From assembly GCA_030390025.1 (NCBI GenBank), contig JASTWF010000048.1:310001-374000 (forward strand): DNA of 64,000 nt, written 5' to 3'. The stretch's first letter is position 1. The number at the start of each line of letters is the position of its first letter. This stretch comes from Squalus acanthias (taxonomy: Eukaryota). The notes beneath the pieces were generated by a model. It did no database searches. It was given only the letters and a program-made list of their open reading frames with translations, and was not told where the DNA came from. Of this stretch, positions 1 through 10,887 are shown one piece after another. Both the position numbers and the translations under genes were made by a program.

Positions 1-105
1 GGGGAATATCAGTCACGGAACAGCTAATCATTAAACAGGTTAATGTGTCTTATTTCTGGGGAAATAACTGTCTCTCTTTGCTGTTCTTTCACGTTTTGAT
101 TCGAG

Positions 106-405
106 GTGTTGGCGGATCTCAGAAGATAGTGCAGTCCCGGGAGTATGTGTCGGTGAGAGAGGGCGAGACTGTGACTATCCCGTGTACCCAACGCGGGACT
201 GATTCTAACATGTACTGGTACCGTCAGCTGCCGGGCCAGGGTCTCCAGAACCTTCTGCAAGCGGTGTATGAAGATGATCCGAGCAGGTCGGACGGGATCA
301 CGGAGCGATTTTGGGCCAAAAAAACTGCAGATAACTCCTTCGATCTGAAGATCTCGATGGTGCGGCCGAACGACACGGCGCGGTATTTCTGCGCCTGCAG
401 TGATG
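106..405 (+). CDS. TRBV: TCR V segment V1, family A; V exon intact, leader upstream of window
   Basis: Ig V-set: IPC..MYWYRQLPG..FDLKIS..DTARYFCACSD; phase-1 acceptor TTCGAG|G at 105/106; followed directly by 23-RSS. Confidence 0.85.
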
Positions 406-444
406 CACAGAGATACACTCAGACTGAACCGTGCTACAAAAACC
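406..444 (+). other. 23-RSS of V1
   Basis: CACAGAG + 23 nt + ACAAAAACC. Confidence 0.95.
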
Positions 445-494
445 CGCCCGTCTCAGACACTACCGCCTTACCAGTTCTAATGATAGATAGACCG

Positions 495-765
495 GGATAG
501 AGTGAAGAAGAGGGATAGAGAGAGGGTGAGAGGGAGAGAGAAGGAGACGGAGAGAGAGAGAGGGAGGACGAGAGGGTATGAGACGGAACAGAGACAGAGA
601 GATAGGGAGAGAGGGAGCGCGAAGGCAACAGCGAGGCAGGTTTAGAGAGTGACAGGGAAAGAGAGAGATTGAGAGATAGAGAAGACAGAGGGAGAGACGG
701 AGAACGAGCTGTCCAACGATTTATGCATGTATTTATCTATCTATCTATCTATCTATTGATCTCTG
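495..765. repeat. GA-rich low-complexity tract plus short (TATC)n
   Basis: Direct inspection; paralog at about 45275-45560. Confidence 0.85.
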
Positions 766-1384
766 TATCTTTGGATGATTATAATTTGTTATTAATTAAT
801 TGTAAAATGTTATATCAATGCATTCAATGTCCTTTTTAAACAAATTAACTACATTTTAATCAACAGATTTTGCGGTGGGTAAATGGGTTAACGTCAGTGG
901 TGAAAGAGTGGTGAGTGGAGTATGTGGAGGAGATACCCATACCTGCCGATGCGCCAGTGAATTATTCCTGTTATTTCCCCTATTGCAATAGCGACTTGAG
1001 ACGCGCTCCTTGTCACAGCATCATGGAATGATACTTCACGGAAGGAGGCCATTCGACCCATCGCACCTGTGCCGGCTCTGTGAAAAAGCTATTATATTAG
1101 TCCCATTCCCCTGCCCTATCCCCTATAGACCTGCAACGTTTCCTCCACGAAATATGTATCCAATTTCCTTTTGAATGTTAGTATTGAATCTGTTTCCACC
1201 ACCCTTTCAGGATGAGCGTTTGAGATCATAACAAAGCGCTGTGAAAAAAAAAATCTCCGCCTGTCGCCTCTGGATCTTGTACCATTTACATTATATCCGT
1301 GTGCTCTGGTTATCGATCCTCCTGCCAGTGGAAACAATTTCTCATTATTTACTCGATCAAAACCCTTTATTATCTTTAACAAGG

Positions 1385-1690
1385 GGTACGGTAGCATAGG
1401 CGTTATGCTGCTGAACCAGTAATCCAGAGTTCGGGAAAAATGATCCAGAGACATGAGTTCAAATTCTACCACGACCACGAATTTAAATTTAGTTAATTGA
1501 CTAAATCTCGAATTGAAAAGCAAGTATCAGTAATAATGACCATGAAACTACAGGAGTGTCGTAAAAACCCAGTTGGTTCACTTAACTGCTCTCTTGTGGT
1601 TCAAGAACGCTTTCTCACCACCACCTTTCCCAAGGGCAATTAGGGATTGACAATAAATGCCAGCGACGCCCACATCCTATGAATAAAAAA
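1385..1690 (+). mobile_element. Internally deleted tRNA-derived shark SINE, within decayed CR1-type 3' fragments
   Basis: Shares GTATCAGTAAT..GACCATGAAACTAC..GTCGTAAAAACCCA..GGTTCAC and CACCACCACCTT..AATTAGGGAT with the fuller copy at 9668-10060; paralog about 46180-46490. Confidence 0.55.
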
Positions 1691-2664
1691 AATCTCCATT
1701 ACATCTCACATTAACATTCTCTGCTTTAATTAGAACAATCCCAGCTTCCCTATCTCTCATACCTGACGTCCCTCATCCCTGGTACCATTCGGGTAAATCT
1801 CCTCTTAACCTTCACTAAGGCGAACAGCCCCATACACATAGGATATAGTTCATCTTAGAACCCTTAAACGTGTCACGAATGTTTCACACTGTGCAAAGGC
1901 CAGATGACTCCTCAGATATGTTTGTCACTGAGACACCTGCGTCCTGACGGCGGGTGCAAACTCTGTTGAAAACCGTTTACCCACTTCTCATCAGACACTA
2001 GGCGCCTTTTGAAGTGTTTTTTCAAATAAACTAGAAGTTCAGCCCGGGGAAGAATTCGCGTTTAGCACATGGGAACTGAAAGCTGCACTGCCTGAAACAA
2101 GAGAGAACTTTGACCCAACAATGATCCGTGTTTTATAGAACCATAGAATCCTACAGCACAGAGAGAGGTCACTCGATCAGTCCAGTCCGTGCCGGCTCTT
2201 TGAAAGAGCGATTCAATTAGTTCCAACATGAGACTCCTCCCTCCCAGCTTCCTCTCACCCCGTCAACATATCCTTCTATTCCTTTCTCCCTCATGTGTTT
2301 ATCTCGCTTCCCCTTAAATGCATTTGTGTTATTTCCCTCAACTACGCCTTGTTGTAGCGAGTTCCACATTCTCACCACTCTCTGCGTAAAGAGGTTTCTC
2401 CTGAATTCCCTATTGGATTTATTAATGTCTTTCTGATACTTATGGCCCCTAGTTTTGGCCTCTCCTATCCAATTATTCCCACAACCCTGCTCATTCCCCG
2501 CAGACCTGTTTTTTCCCTCTTCAAGTTGATGTCCAATTCCCTTGTCAAAGTTACCAGTGAATCTGTCCCCAGCACACTTTCAGTAAGTGCATTCCCGATC
2601 ATAACATCTTGCGGCATAAAAAATCTGTCTCCTCATCTACCAGTTGGATTTGGAAGCAGAGAAA

Positions 2665-3510
2665 CATAGAAAAATAGGAGCAAGGGTCGGCCATTCGGCC
2701 CTTCGAGCCTGCTCCGCCATTCAATATGATCATGGCTGATCCTCTATCTCAATACCATATTCCCGCTCTCTCCCCACACCCCTTACTGCCTTTTGTGTCT
2801 AGAAATCTATCTATCTCCTTATTAAATATACACAGCGAATTGGCCTCCACAGACTTCTGTGAGAGAGAATTCCACAGTTTCACCATCCTCTGAGTGAAGA
2901 AATTTCTCCTCATCTCAGTCCTAAATATCCTAGCCCGTATCCTGAGACTGTGACCCCTCGTTCTAGAACCCCACCCCCCCACCCGCCACCAGCCAGGGGA
3001 AACATACTCCCTGCATCCAGTCTGTCTAGCCCTGTCAGAATTGTATATGTTTCAATGAGATCCCCTCTCCTTCATCTAAACTCCAGTGACTACAGGCCTA
3101 GGCCCTCCTCATACGACAGACCAGCCATTCCAGGAATCAGTCTGGTGAACCTTCGCTGCACTCCCTCTATGGCAAGTATATCCTTTCTTAGGTAAGGAGA
3201 CCAAAACTGCACACGATACTCCAGGTGTGGTCTCACCAAGGCCCTGTCTAACTGTAGGAAGACATCCTTGCTCCTGTACTCAAATCCTCATTTTTAAACA
3301 CGATTTGACTTTCATAAATCCATGTTGACTTTGTCTAATCCCGTTGATATTTTCTAAGTGTCCTGTTATCACATCCTTTATAATAGACTCTAGCATTTTC
3401 CCTACTACTGATGTTAGGTTAACCGGTCTGTAGTTCCCTGTTTTCTCTCTCCCTCCTTTTTTAAATAGTGGGGTTACATTTGCCAACCTCCAATCTGCAG
3501 GAACTGTTCC
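2665..3510 (-). mobile_element. CR1-type LINE fragments (RT region and 3' end, internally deleted)
   Basis: Minus-strand peptides WRLANVTPLFKKGGREKTGNYRPV..QHGF and RTRGHSLRI..RRNFFTQR; paralog about 49595-50420. Confidence 0.85.
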
Positions 3511-3789
3511 ATAATTTATCCTTGTCTGCTCTGTCAAAACCCCTCTGATATTTGAACACCTCTATTAACTCTCACCTTATCGTCTGCGTTTTATTATTAT
3601 ATGAAATTGAAAAACTTGCTCCGTTTCAAGCTTCTCACCGTATAGAAATACTCTCATATATTATTCTTAGGTCCCAAGTTGATGACGTCACACTTGCCCC
3701 AATGAATCCAACTGTCACTGTTTTTCTCACTCATTTAATCTCTCTCTGTGCACTTTGAAACTGACTGTTCCCGCCTGCTCTGCTCACTG

Positions 3790-4460
3790 CCAAGCAGAGA
3801 GAGATGGGTGGGACTGTCAACCAAGGAGAGAGAGTCAGGGCTGCGAATCAGAGAGCGCGTTGCAGGGCTGTCAATCAGAGACGGGAGCGGCGGAGCTTTC
3901 AATCAGAGAGGGCGTGGCAGAGTTGTCAATCATAGAGGGGAGCGGCGGAGATTTCAATCAGAGGGGGAAGGGGGGAGCTGTCAATCAGAGAGGGCGCGAC
4001 AGGGTTATCAATCAGAGAGTGAGTGATGGAGCTGTCAATCAGAGGGGGTGACGAGTTTTCAGAGAGGGGATGGGTGGTGATGTCAATCAGAGACGGACGG
4101 GCGGTGCTGTCAATCAGAGAGGGGAGTGGTGGAGCTGTGAATGATTACATAGGATTACATAGGATATCTGGCACAGAAACAAGCCATTCGGCCCAACCAA
4201 TCCATGTCGGCGTTTTTGCTCCACACGAGCCTCTTCCTGTCTTTCCTCATCTAAATATATCGGCATAACATTCTATTTCCTTGGCTCTCATATGCTTGTC
4301 TTTCCTCCCCTTAAATGCATCCATGCGATTCGCTTCAACCACTCCCTGTGGAATCAGAGAGGATAGGGGCGATGCTGTCACTCGGAGAGGGCGGGGCAGG
4401 TGTGTCAATCAGGGAGGGCGCGGCAGGCCTGTCAATCAGAGAGTGAGGGGCGGGGCATTG
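3790..4460 (+). repeat. ~27-bp minisatellite GCTGTCAATCAGAGAGGG.. upstream of a family-A leader
   Basis: Exact CTGTCAATCA at about 3869, 3978, 4032, 4107 and 4429 plus variants; interrupted by a LINE-end fragment at about 4145-4350. Confidence 0.85.
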
Positions 4461-4604
4461 TATATCCAGTGTTTTTTTATGAATGGTGGAGATCGTGCGT
4501 TTTCCACGCGCCAGTCTGGCCTTGCAAACAACAGGCTCATAGGTTCTGTCGCTGGGCAGCTTATTGGCCGCGGGTTCCCGCTCTCAGACCTTCTCTCCCA
4601 GAAC

Positions 4605-5963
4605 ATGCAGATTTTCTTCCTGTCCTGCACGTTGCCGCTGTTCCTATTAGCGGGTAATTAAAGCGAGAGACCGGTGTCCTATAGGAGGTCTTTGAGTCTG
4701 GTGCGGGAATGTATTAAAATCCTACAAAACAATTGTTCTATAATTAGAGAAAGAAAGAAAGAAGGCAAAGGAGAAAGAAAGAAGGAAAGAAAAAAGAAAG
4801 AAATGAGAGAGAAAGTAAGAAAGAAAGATAGAAAGAAAGAAAGGTAATGATAGAACAGCGTTGAGAAATAAATAGACTGTATCAGTTAAGTGACAAATAA
4901 AGAAGACACATTGTGCTAAATACAGTCGGGTTGGACATATAGAGAACAGGGTTATTCCTGTATTGTTTAAATCAGTGAGGGATTTTTCCACGCCAATCCA
5001 TGAGAATTGCCCCTTTTACAAAGAGAGCTCCGCTAAAAAAACGGGCTCCCAAATAACTACAAGCGCCTGGGGGTTTAGAATATAATTCTGGTTTTACCAA
5101 ATCGACTAAAAGCAGGATGTCCCGCGATAGAGCAGATCGAATGTTTATGTTAAGGAACATAGGAACAGGAGGAGGCCATTCAGGCCCTCGAGCCACTCAA
5201 TTAGATCACGGCTGATCTGTATCTTAGCTCCATCTCCCCTCCCTGATCGCGTCACATTTCATACCATCACCTAAAAAAATCTTTCATTCTCAGTTTTGAA
5301 ATTTTCAATTGACCCCCAGCATCAACAGCTTTCTCCTGGAGAGAGTTCCAGATTTCCACTACCCATTTTGTGAAGAATTGCTTCATGACATCACCACTGA
5401 AAGGCTTCGCTCCATTTATAAGATAGTGCTCCCCTTGTCCTGGACCCTCCGCTAGCGAAGGAAATAGTTTCTCTCTATCCGCATTATCCACTCCTTTAAA
5501 CGGTTCAATAAGATTTCAGTGAAAAATACAGGAAATATATCGATTTAAATCAAAGGTAAGCGAGGGAGGGTCATTGGAATAGTAGTCACGGAACAGCTAA
5601 TAATTAAACAGGTCAGTGTGTCTTATTTGTTGGGAAATAACTGTCTCTCTTTGCTATTCATTCCTGTTTTGCTTCGAGGTGTTGGCGAGTCTCAGAAGAT
5701 GGTGCCGTCCCGACGTTTGTGTCGGTGAGAGAGGGCGAGTCTGTGACTATCCCGTGCACCCAGCGCGGGACTGATCCTTACATGTACTGGTACCGTCAGC
5801 CCCCGGGCCTGGGACTCCAGCACATCCTGCAGGCGGAGCATGAAGCTGACCCGAGCAGGTCGGACGGGATTACGGAGCGATTTTGGGCCACGAAAACTGC
5901 AGATAACTCCTTCGATCCGAAGATATCGATGGTGCGGCCGTTATTTCTGCGCCTGCAGTGATG
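4605..5963 (+). pseudogene. TRBV: TCR V pseudogene V2, family A
   Basis: Leader 4605-4653 MQIFFLSCTLPLFLLA+G|GTAATT; V exon 5679-5963 with FR1 frameshift and FR3 deletion; defective RSS CTCAGAG-23-ACAAATACC at 5964-6002. Confidence 0.9.
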
Positions 5964-6479
5964 CTCAGAGACACACTCAGACTGAACCGTGCGACAAATA
6001 CCCGCCCGTCTCTGACACCAACCCCCAACTTGTTCTAATAATATATAGATAGATAGAATGATAGAGTAACTAAACAGCGATTGTTCACACTTTGTTTCAC
6101 AAAAGATACCTTCATGGAGAGATTTTTACAATCATGTAGCTTATTGGGAGTCCAGAATCGGCTCATTGGAAATCCAGATGTGGTTATTTGGGAATGTACA
6201 GCTGTTTAAAACGCTGAAGGGTTTACACAGACTACATAAAGGTGAACTGTTTCCAATGGCTGTAGGGCCGATAAACAGAGGGCACAGTTGTATAGTGATT
6301 TGCAAAAGAACCAGAGGCGACTTGATCCAAAAACCATTATACGCAGAGGGTGGTTAGCATTTGGAATGCACTGCATGATAGGGAGCTGGATACAGATACA
6401 ATAGTAGCCTTCAACAGGGAATTAGATACATACTTGAAGGAGGAAAAACTGCAGTGATATGGGAAAAGAGCAGGGGAGT

Positions 6480-6683
6480 GGATTCTGATTGGTTCGCTCG
6501 AGGAATGGACGTATCCAACCCTGCATCACTTCCTTACGCTCTTCCTTTTCCACTCAATCGTTTGAGAAGTGCGGGAAGGCTCCTCACGAGACACAACTCT
6601 CTTGTTCTCGCTCCATTCAGTTATTTAGAGAAAAGCTTCAAGTAAAATATGTCTGTTACTGGGTCTGATTATCTTGTTTCACC
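6480..6683 (+). pseudogene. Orphan family-B promoter and frameshifted leader (6649-6683); V exon absent
   Basis: Matches 53430-53635; leader is 35 nt versus 37 nt in intact copies; intron is cut at about 6765 by the GPCR block. Confidence 0.85.
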
Positions 6684-7278
6684 GTAAGGGACTTTTTGAA
6701 ACATTAATTTTTGCTAATAACCGATATTTACGTTATTCTTTTTTTCTTCCTTTCGTTCTTTGCTACCGTACTCTTCAAATATATCGCTGTTCCAGTGCCA
6801 ACTTTTGCGGTGTAAAAAAGTAAAAAAAAATAATTTCCACTGATTTATCATTTAAAAATACTTTTAAGAAAGGTAAGTTTATTTTTAGCCCCGTTAAAAA
6901 CTTTAATTACTTAAAAAAAATGTTTTTAAAATACTTAATTTATTGTAATTTAAAGTCATTTTAAAAATGTGATGTTTTTTTGTAAATTTATTTCATGTTT
7001 TACTATGTTTTTGGGGTGATCTCCATTCATATTATTGACAGGTCTTCCTGTCAAATGCAGGAAGGGAGATTCCCTTCTCGGATTGGCTCCCCATGGCCCA
7101 CGTGATCCCAGGAACGCTGCGAACCGCCAGTGCTGCTGGGATATGTGGGCCCTGCGCCAGTTTGGAGAGGCCCAGCAGCGGAACTCTGCGCCTCCCGGGA
7201 GCCCTCCGGTCTTGGCGCAGATTTTTCCAGATCGCAGCCATCCGCCCGCAGAAGGCCTGCGATCGGAATTTCTGGGCC

Positions 7279-7572
7279 ATTTAGTTTTCCGCTTCTGGCA
7301 ACAAATGGCCACAAATCGATCATAGTTGAAAGTGACGTTGAACCAGACAGAACAGTCTGTGGCTGCATAAAGCAGGATGGCGTGGATATTACACACGTGG
7401 ATGGACCGCACGATATAAAACTGTCTCCAATAAACAATCGGAATCTGCCTCAATATCAGGTCGAGGATAACGAAAAGTAGATCCGACGCTGCCATGGCCA
7501 CCTGGTAGCGAGTGGCACAATTTGAGAGACCGCACTTTCCCTGAGACAGGATCACAATCATCACTAAGTTTA
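7279..7572 (-). pseudogene. Truncated GPR139/142-like GPCR exon 2 (TM1-TM3 only)
   Basis: NLVMIVILSQGKCGLSNCATRYQVAMAASDLL..YDRFVAICCQKRKTK, paralogous to 11500-11790; acceptor mutated (CACAT); cut at about 7279 by unrelated sequence. Confidence 0.88.
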
Positions 7573-7636
7573 TGTGAGGAAGGGAGTAAACAGGGAAAAT
7601 TTCCATCTGGCTGGGAGCAAAAACAGCAGTTTGATG

Positions 7637-9609
7637 GAATTTGTGTTGTATTCGGCAACTGATTAGCGACATTCAATGATATAATCAAATAATATATTCG
7701 TGGAGCTGATTACAGGGCTTATTGAAAGAATAATCGATAATACATTGTGGAATCAATAAATGAAATGGAAATAAACACAACGTGAAAGTAACAGATGTTT
7801 GATCAAAGATAAACTAAATGATAGATCTACCTTTAGCCCAGCAGACAAAAGCACCGCCCGAGGTACCAGGTACACAAAGGGCCAGAACCTCTCAGGAAGC
7901 CTTCGTTTCACGGGATCAGTCAGCATTTGGAGCGGTGCAATTCGCTTCTGTGCCCCTGTGTGAGGGAGGGGAAAATCCCGCTTGGATTTCTGCTCCTGGT
8001 TATAGTATCTGTTATATTTATACCTGAAAATGAATGCAACAGCAAAATACAGAAACTGCAACCGTGTCATGCAATAATTACAGGCAATTGTATTTAACAT
8101 ATACGGAGTTAATATGGAAATGGTAAGATAATAATTACAAGTGCACTACAGTTATAAAGATAACTAGGTAGTAAGGAGTGTTTTGAAGGTTTGAGTGTTC
8201 TGCATTTTTGTTGAAATACAAAAAATGTAGCTTATTGAAAGGAAGATTTTGCAAATAACATTGCAAAGAATGGACTCTGAATTAAACTAGTTATCATTGA
8301 CCATCTCATGTCCCACTAAATGCATTTATTAGCATTGAATTCAGATGACTTATCCAACAGGCAAATTCCCGCCGGATACTTCTGTAAAGTATGCTTGGAA
8401 TGGTTACTTAAACAGAGTCACAGGAACACATCCTGTCAGATCACACACACATCTTGAAATGTCTGAAATATCCGCTAATCATTCAGTTCCAGTCAGTGTC
8501 TCCTTTACCGCCATCTCCAGTTCCGCATTCGTGGCGCTGCTTCTGATGGTTAGAAAAGGATTACAAGGATAATTTACAGTCTCACAAAATGTTCATTCAG
8601 TCAGATTTCAATACTTTCCAATCTTTGTTTTGAATTTACAATTGTATCCCATGCCCGTCTGTCACAGTTCAGTGGATCTCTGTGAGACGCAGAGTGATTC
8701 TCCATTGCCTCCTGCTGTGCTCCAGGATACACAAGTACTGAAGTACTGAGGATTAGCAAATCATTTGATAATTTTTTTTTAATATTCTCTGCACACGTTG
8801 GAAAACAACTGGTGAAAAAGCAGAAGGATAAATCTCTTCCATTCGTGTTCAAATACGTTACAAAAGTATCCGGCGGGAATTTGCCTGTTGGATAAGTCAT
8901 CTGAATTCAATGCTAATAAATGCATTTAGTGGGACATGAGATGGTCAATGATAACTAGCTTAATTCAGTTTCCATTCTTTACAATGTTATTTGGAAAATC
9001 TTCCTTTCAATAAGCTTCAGTTTTTGTATTTCAACAAAAATGCATAACACTCAAATTTTGAAAACACTCCTTACTACCCAATTATCATTATAACTGCAGT
9101 GCACTTGTATTTATTATCTTACTATTTCCATATTACCTCCGTCTATGTTAAATGAAATTTCCTGCAACTATTGCATGACGCGGTTTTAGTTTATCTATTT
9201 TGCTGTTGCATTCATTTTCAGGTCTAAATATAACAGATACTCTAACCAGGAGCAGGAATCCAAGCGGGATTTCCCCCTCCCTCACACAGGGGCACAGAAG
9301 CGAATTGCACCGCTCCAAATGCTGACTGATCCCGGGACACGAAGGCTTCCTGAAAGGTTCTGGTCCTTTGTGTCCCTGGTACCTCGGGCGGTGCTTTTGT
9401 CTGCTGGGCTAAAGGTAGATCTGTCATTTAGTCTATCTTTGATCAAACATCTGTTACTTTCAGGTTGTGTTTATTTCCATTTTATTTATTGATTCCTCAA
9501 TGTATTATCGATTATTCTTTCAATAAGCCCTGTTATCTACTCCACGACTAATATTATTTGATTATGTCATTGAAGGTCGCTAATCAGTTGCCGAATACAA
9601 CACAAATTC
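7637..9609. repeat. Long inverted repeat: arms about 7637-8386 and 8858-9609
   Basis: For example GACTTATCCAACAGGCAAATTCCCGCCGGATAC (about 8347) versus GTATCCGGCGGGAATTTGCCTGTTGGATAAGTC (about 8866); the ORF track shows mirrored peptides on opposite strands. Confidence 0.9.
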
Positions 9610-9667
9610 AAGGTGCTCTCGGAATACTGTTACGGGAGGAATTTCAGGCTTTGACCCATTGACGATG

Positions 9668-10060
9668 AGGTAACATAGTGGTTATGTTGCTGGACTATTA
9701 AACCAAATGCCTGGATCAACTGATCCGGTAATTCAAATCCCAGCAGCTGGGGAATTTAAATTCAATTAATTAAACAAATTTGGAATAAAAAGCTAGTATC
9801 AGGAATGGTGACCATGAAAGTACCGGATTGTCGTAAAAACCCATCTGGTTCACTAATGTCCTTTGGGGAAGGATATCTGCTGTCCTTACCCATTCTGGCT
9901 GAAATGTGACTCCAGACCCGCAGCAATGTGGTTGACTCTTAACTGCCCTCTGAAATAGCCTAGCAATCCACTCAGTTTTCTCAGGCGACTCACCACCACC
10001 TTCTCAAGGTCAATTAGGGATGGACAATAACTGCTGGCCTTTCCAGCGACGTTCACATAC
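9668..10060 (+). mobile_element. tRNA-derived shark SINE
   Basis: A-box-like TAGTGGTTA, B-box-like ATTCAAATCCC, body shared with the 1385-1690 copy, A-rich tail. Confidence 0.6.
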
Positions 10061-10219
10061 AAAAAATTAATTATAAAATGATTTATTAATGGTCATAATA
10101 ATTTTAAAAGCGTCATCCTGTTTTATAAATGGTCATAATGATTTCTAAAGGGTTATAAAGATCTGTAAAGTGTTGTAATGATTTTAAAGCATTATAAAGG
10201 GTTATAATGATTCATAAAG

Positions 10220-10860
10220 TCCTGCTGCCGGGCCTCCTTCTCCCCGGGCTCGGTCTGCTGCGGGCCGGGCCGGGATTCTCCCCCCTCGCTGCCCGCTCTC
10301 ACGGTAACCGGGCTTCTCGCTGCTGCTTCCGTCTGAACGCTCGACTCCCGCCGCCAGGGAATTTCCCAAGTCACAGCCGCCATCTTTGTGACGTACGCCA
10401 GAGCCGCCATCTTTGAGCGGGGCGCCAGAGCCGCCATCTTTGAGCGGGGCGCCAGAGCCCCCATCTTTGAGCGGGGCGCCAGAGCCACCATCTTTGAGCG
10501 GGGCGCCGTCGCCACCAACTTTGTGCGGGGCCGCAGAGCCGCCATCTTTCTGCTGTGCGCGGTCGCGTCCCGCTACTTTGCTCAATGAGCGGGTGCCGCC
10601 ATCTTTGTCTCGGGCACAGCGGCCGCCATCTTACTGCGGGGAGGAGTTGCGCTGCTTCAGGCGGCGCGCTTGGAGCGACCATCTTTGTCTGGGGCACTGG
10701 TGCCTTTCCAGAGGGGCCTGAGAGATGGCCGCCATCCTCACAGGGAGCTCAGTGTGGAGAGTGCGTCAGGGAACGTGTTAATATTCACCCCGATCACCGG
10801 CCCCGCGGGCGGCCCAGCCCGGGGCAGAGCGGCTCAACACAATATCAGGACCAGGAAGCT
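10220..10860. promoter_or_regulatory. CpG island with a 27-bp tandem repeat of YY1 consensus sites
   Basis: GCCGCCATCTT at 10376, 10403, 10430, 10538, 10595 and 10622, variants at 10457, 10484 and 10511; GGGAATTTCC at 10357. Confidence 0.65.
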
Positions 10861-10887
10861 CAGAGGCAGCAAATTCTCCGCTTCTTC

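Noticed and set aside
6956-7672. 238-aa ORF as a second functional GPCR
   Set aside because: A chimera of intron, three TM helices and unrelated sequence; the acceptor is mutated
10192-10545. ORF with repeated KMAALAPRS units
   Set aside because: A by-product of the 27-bp GC-rich repeat, which is open in several frames; no recognisable protein
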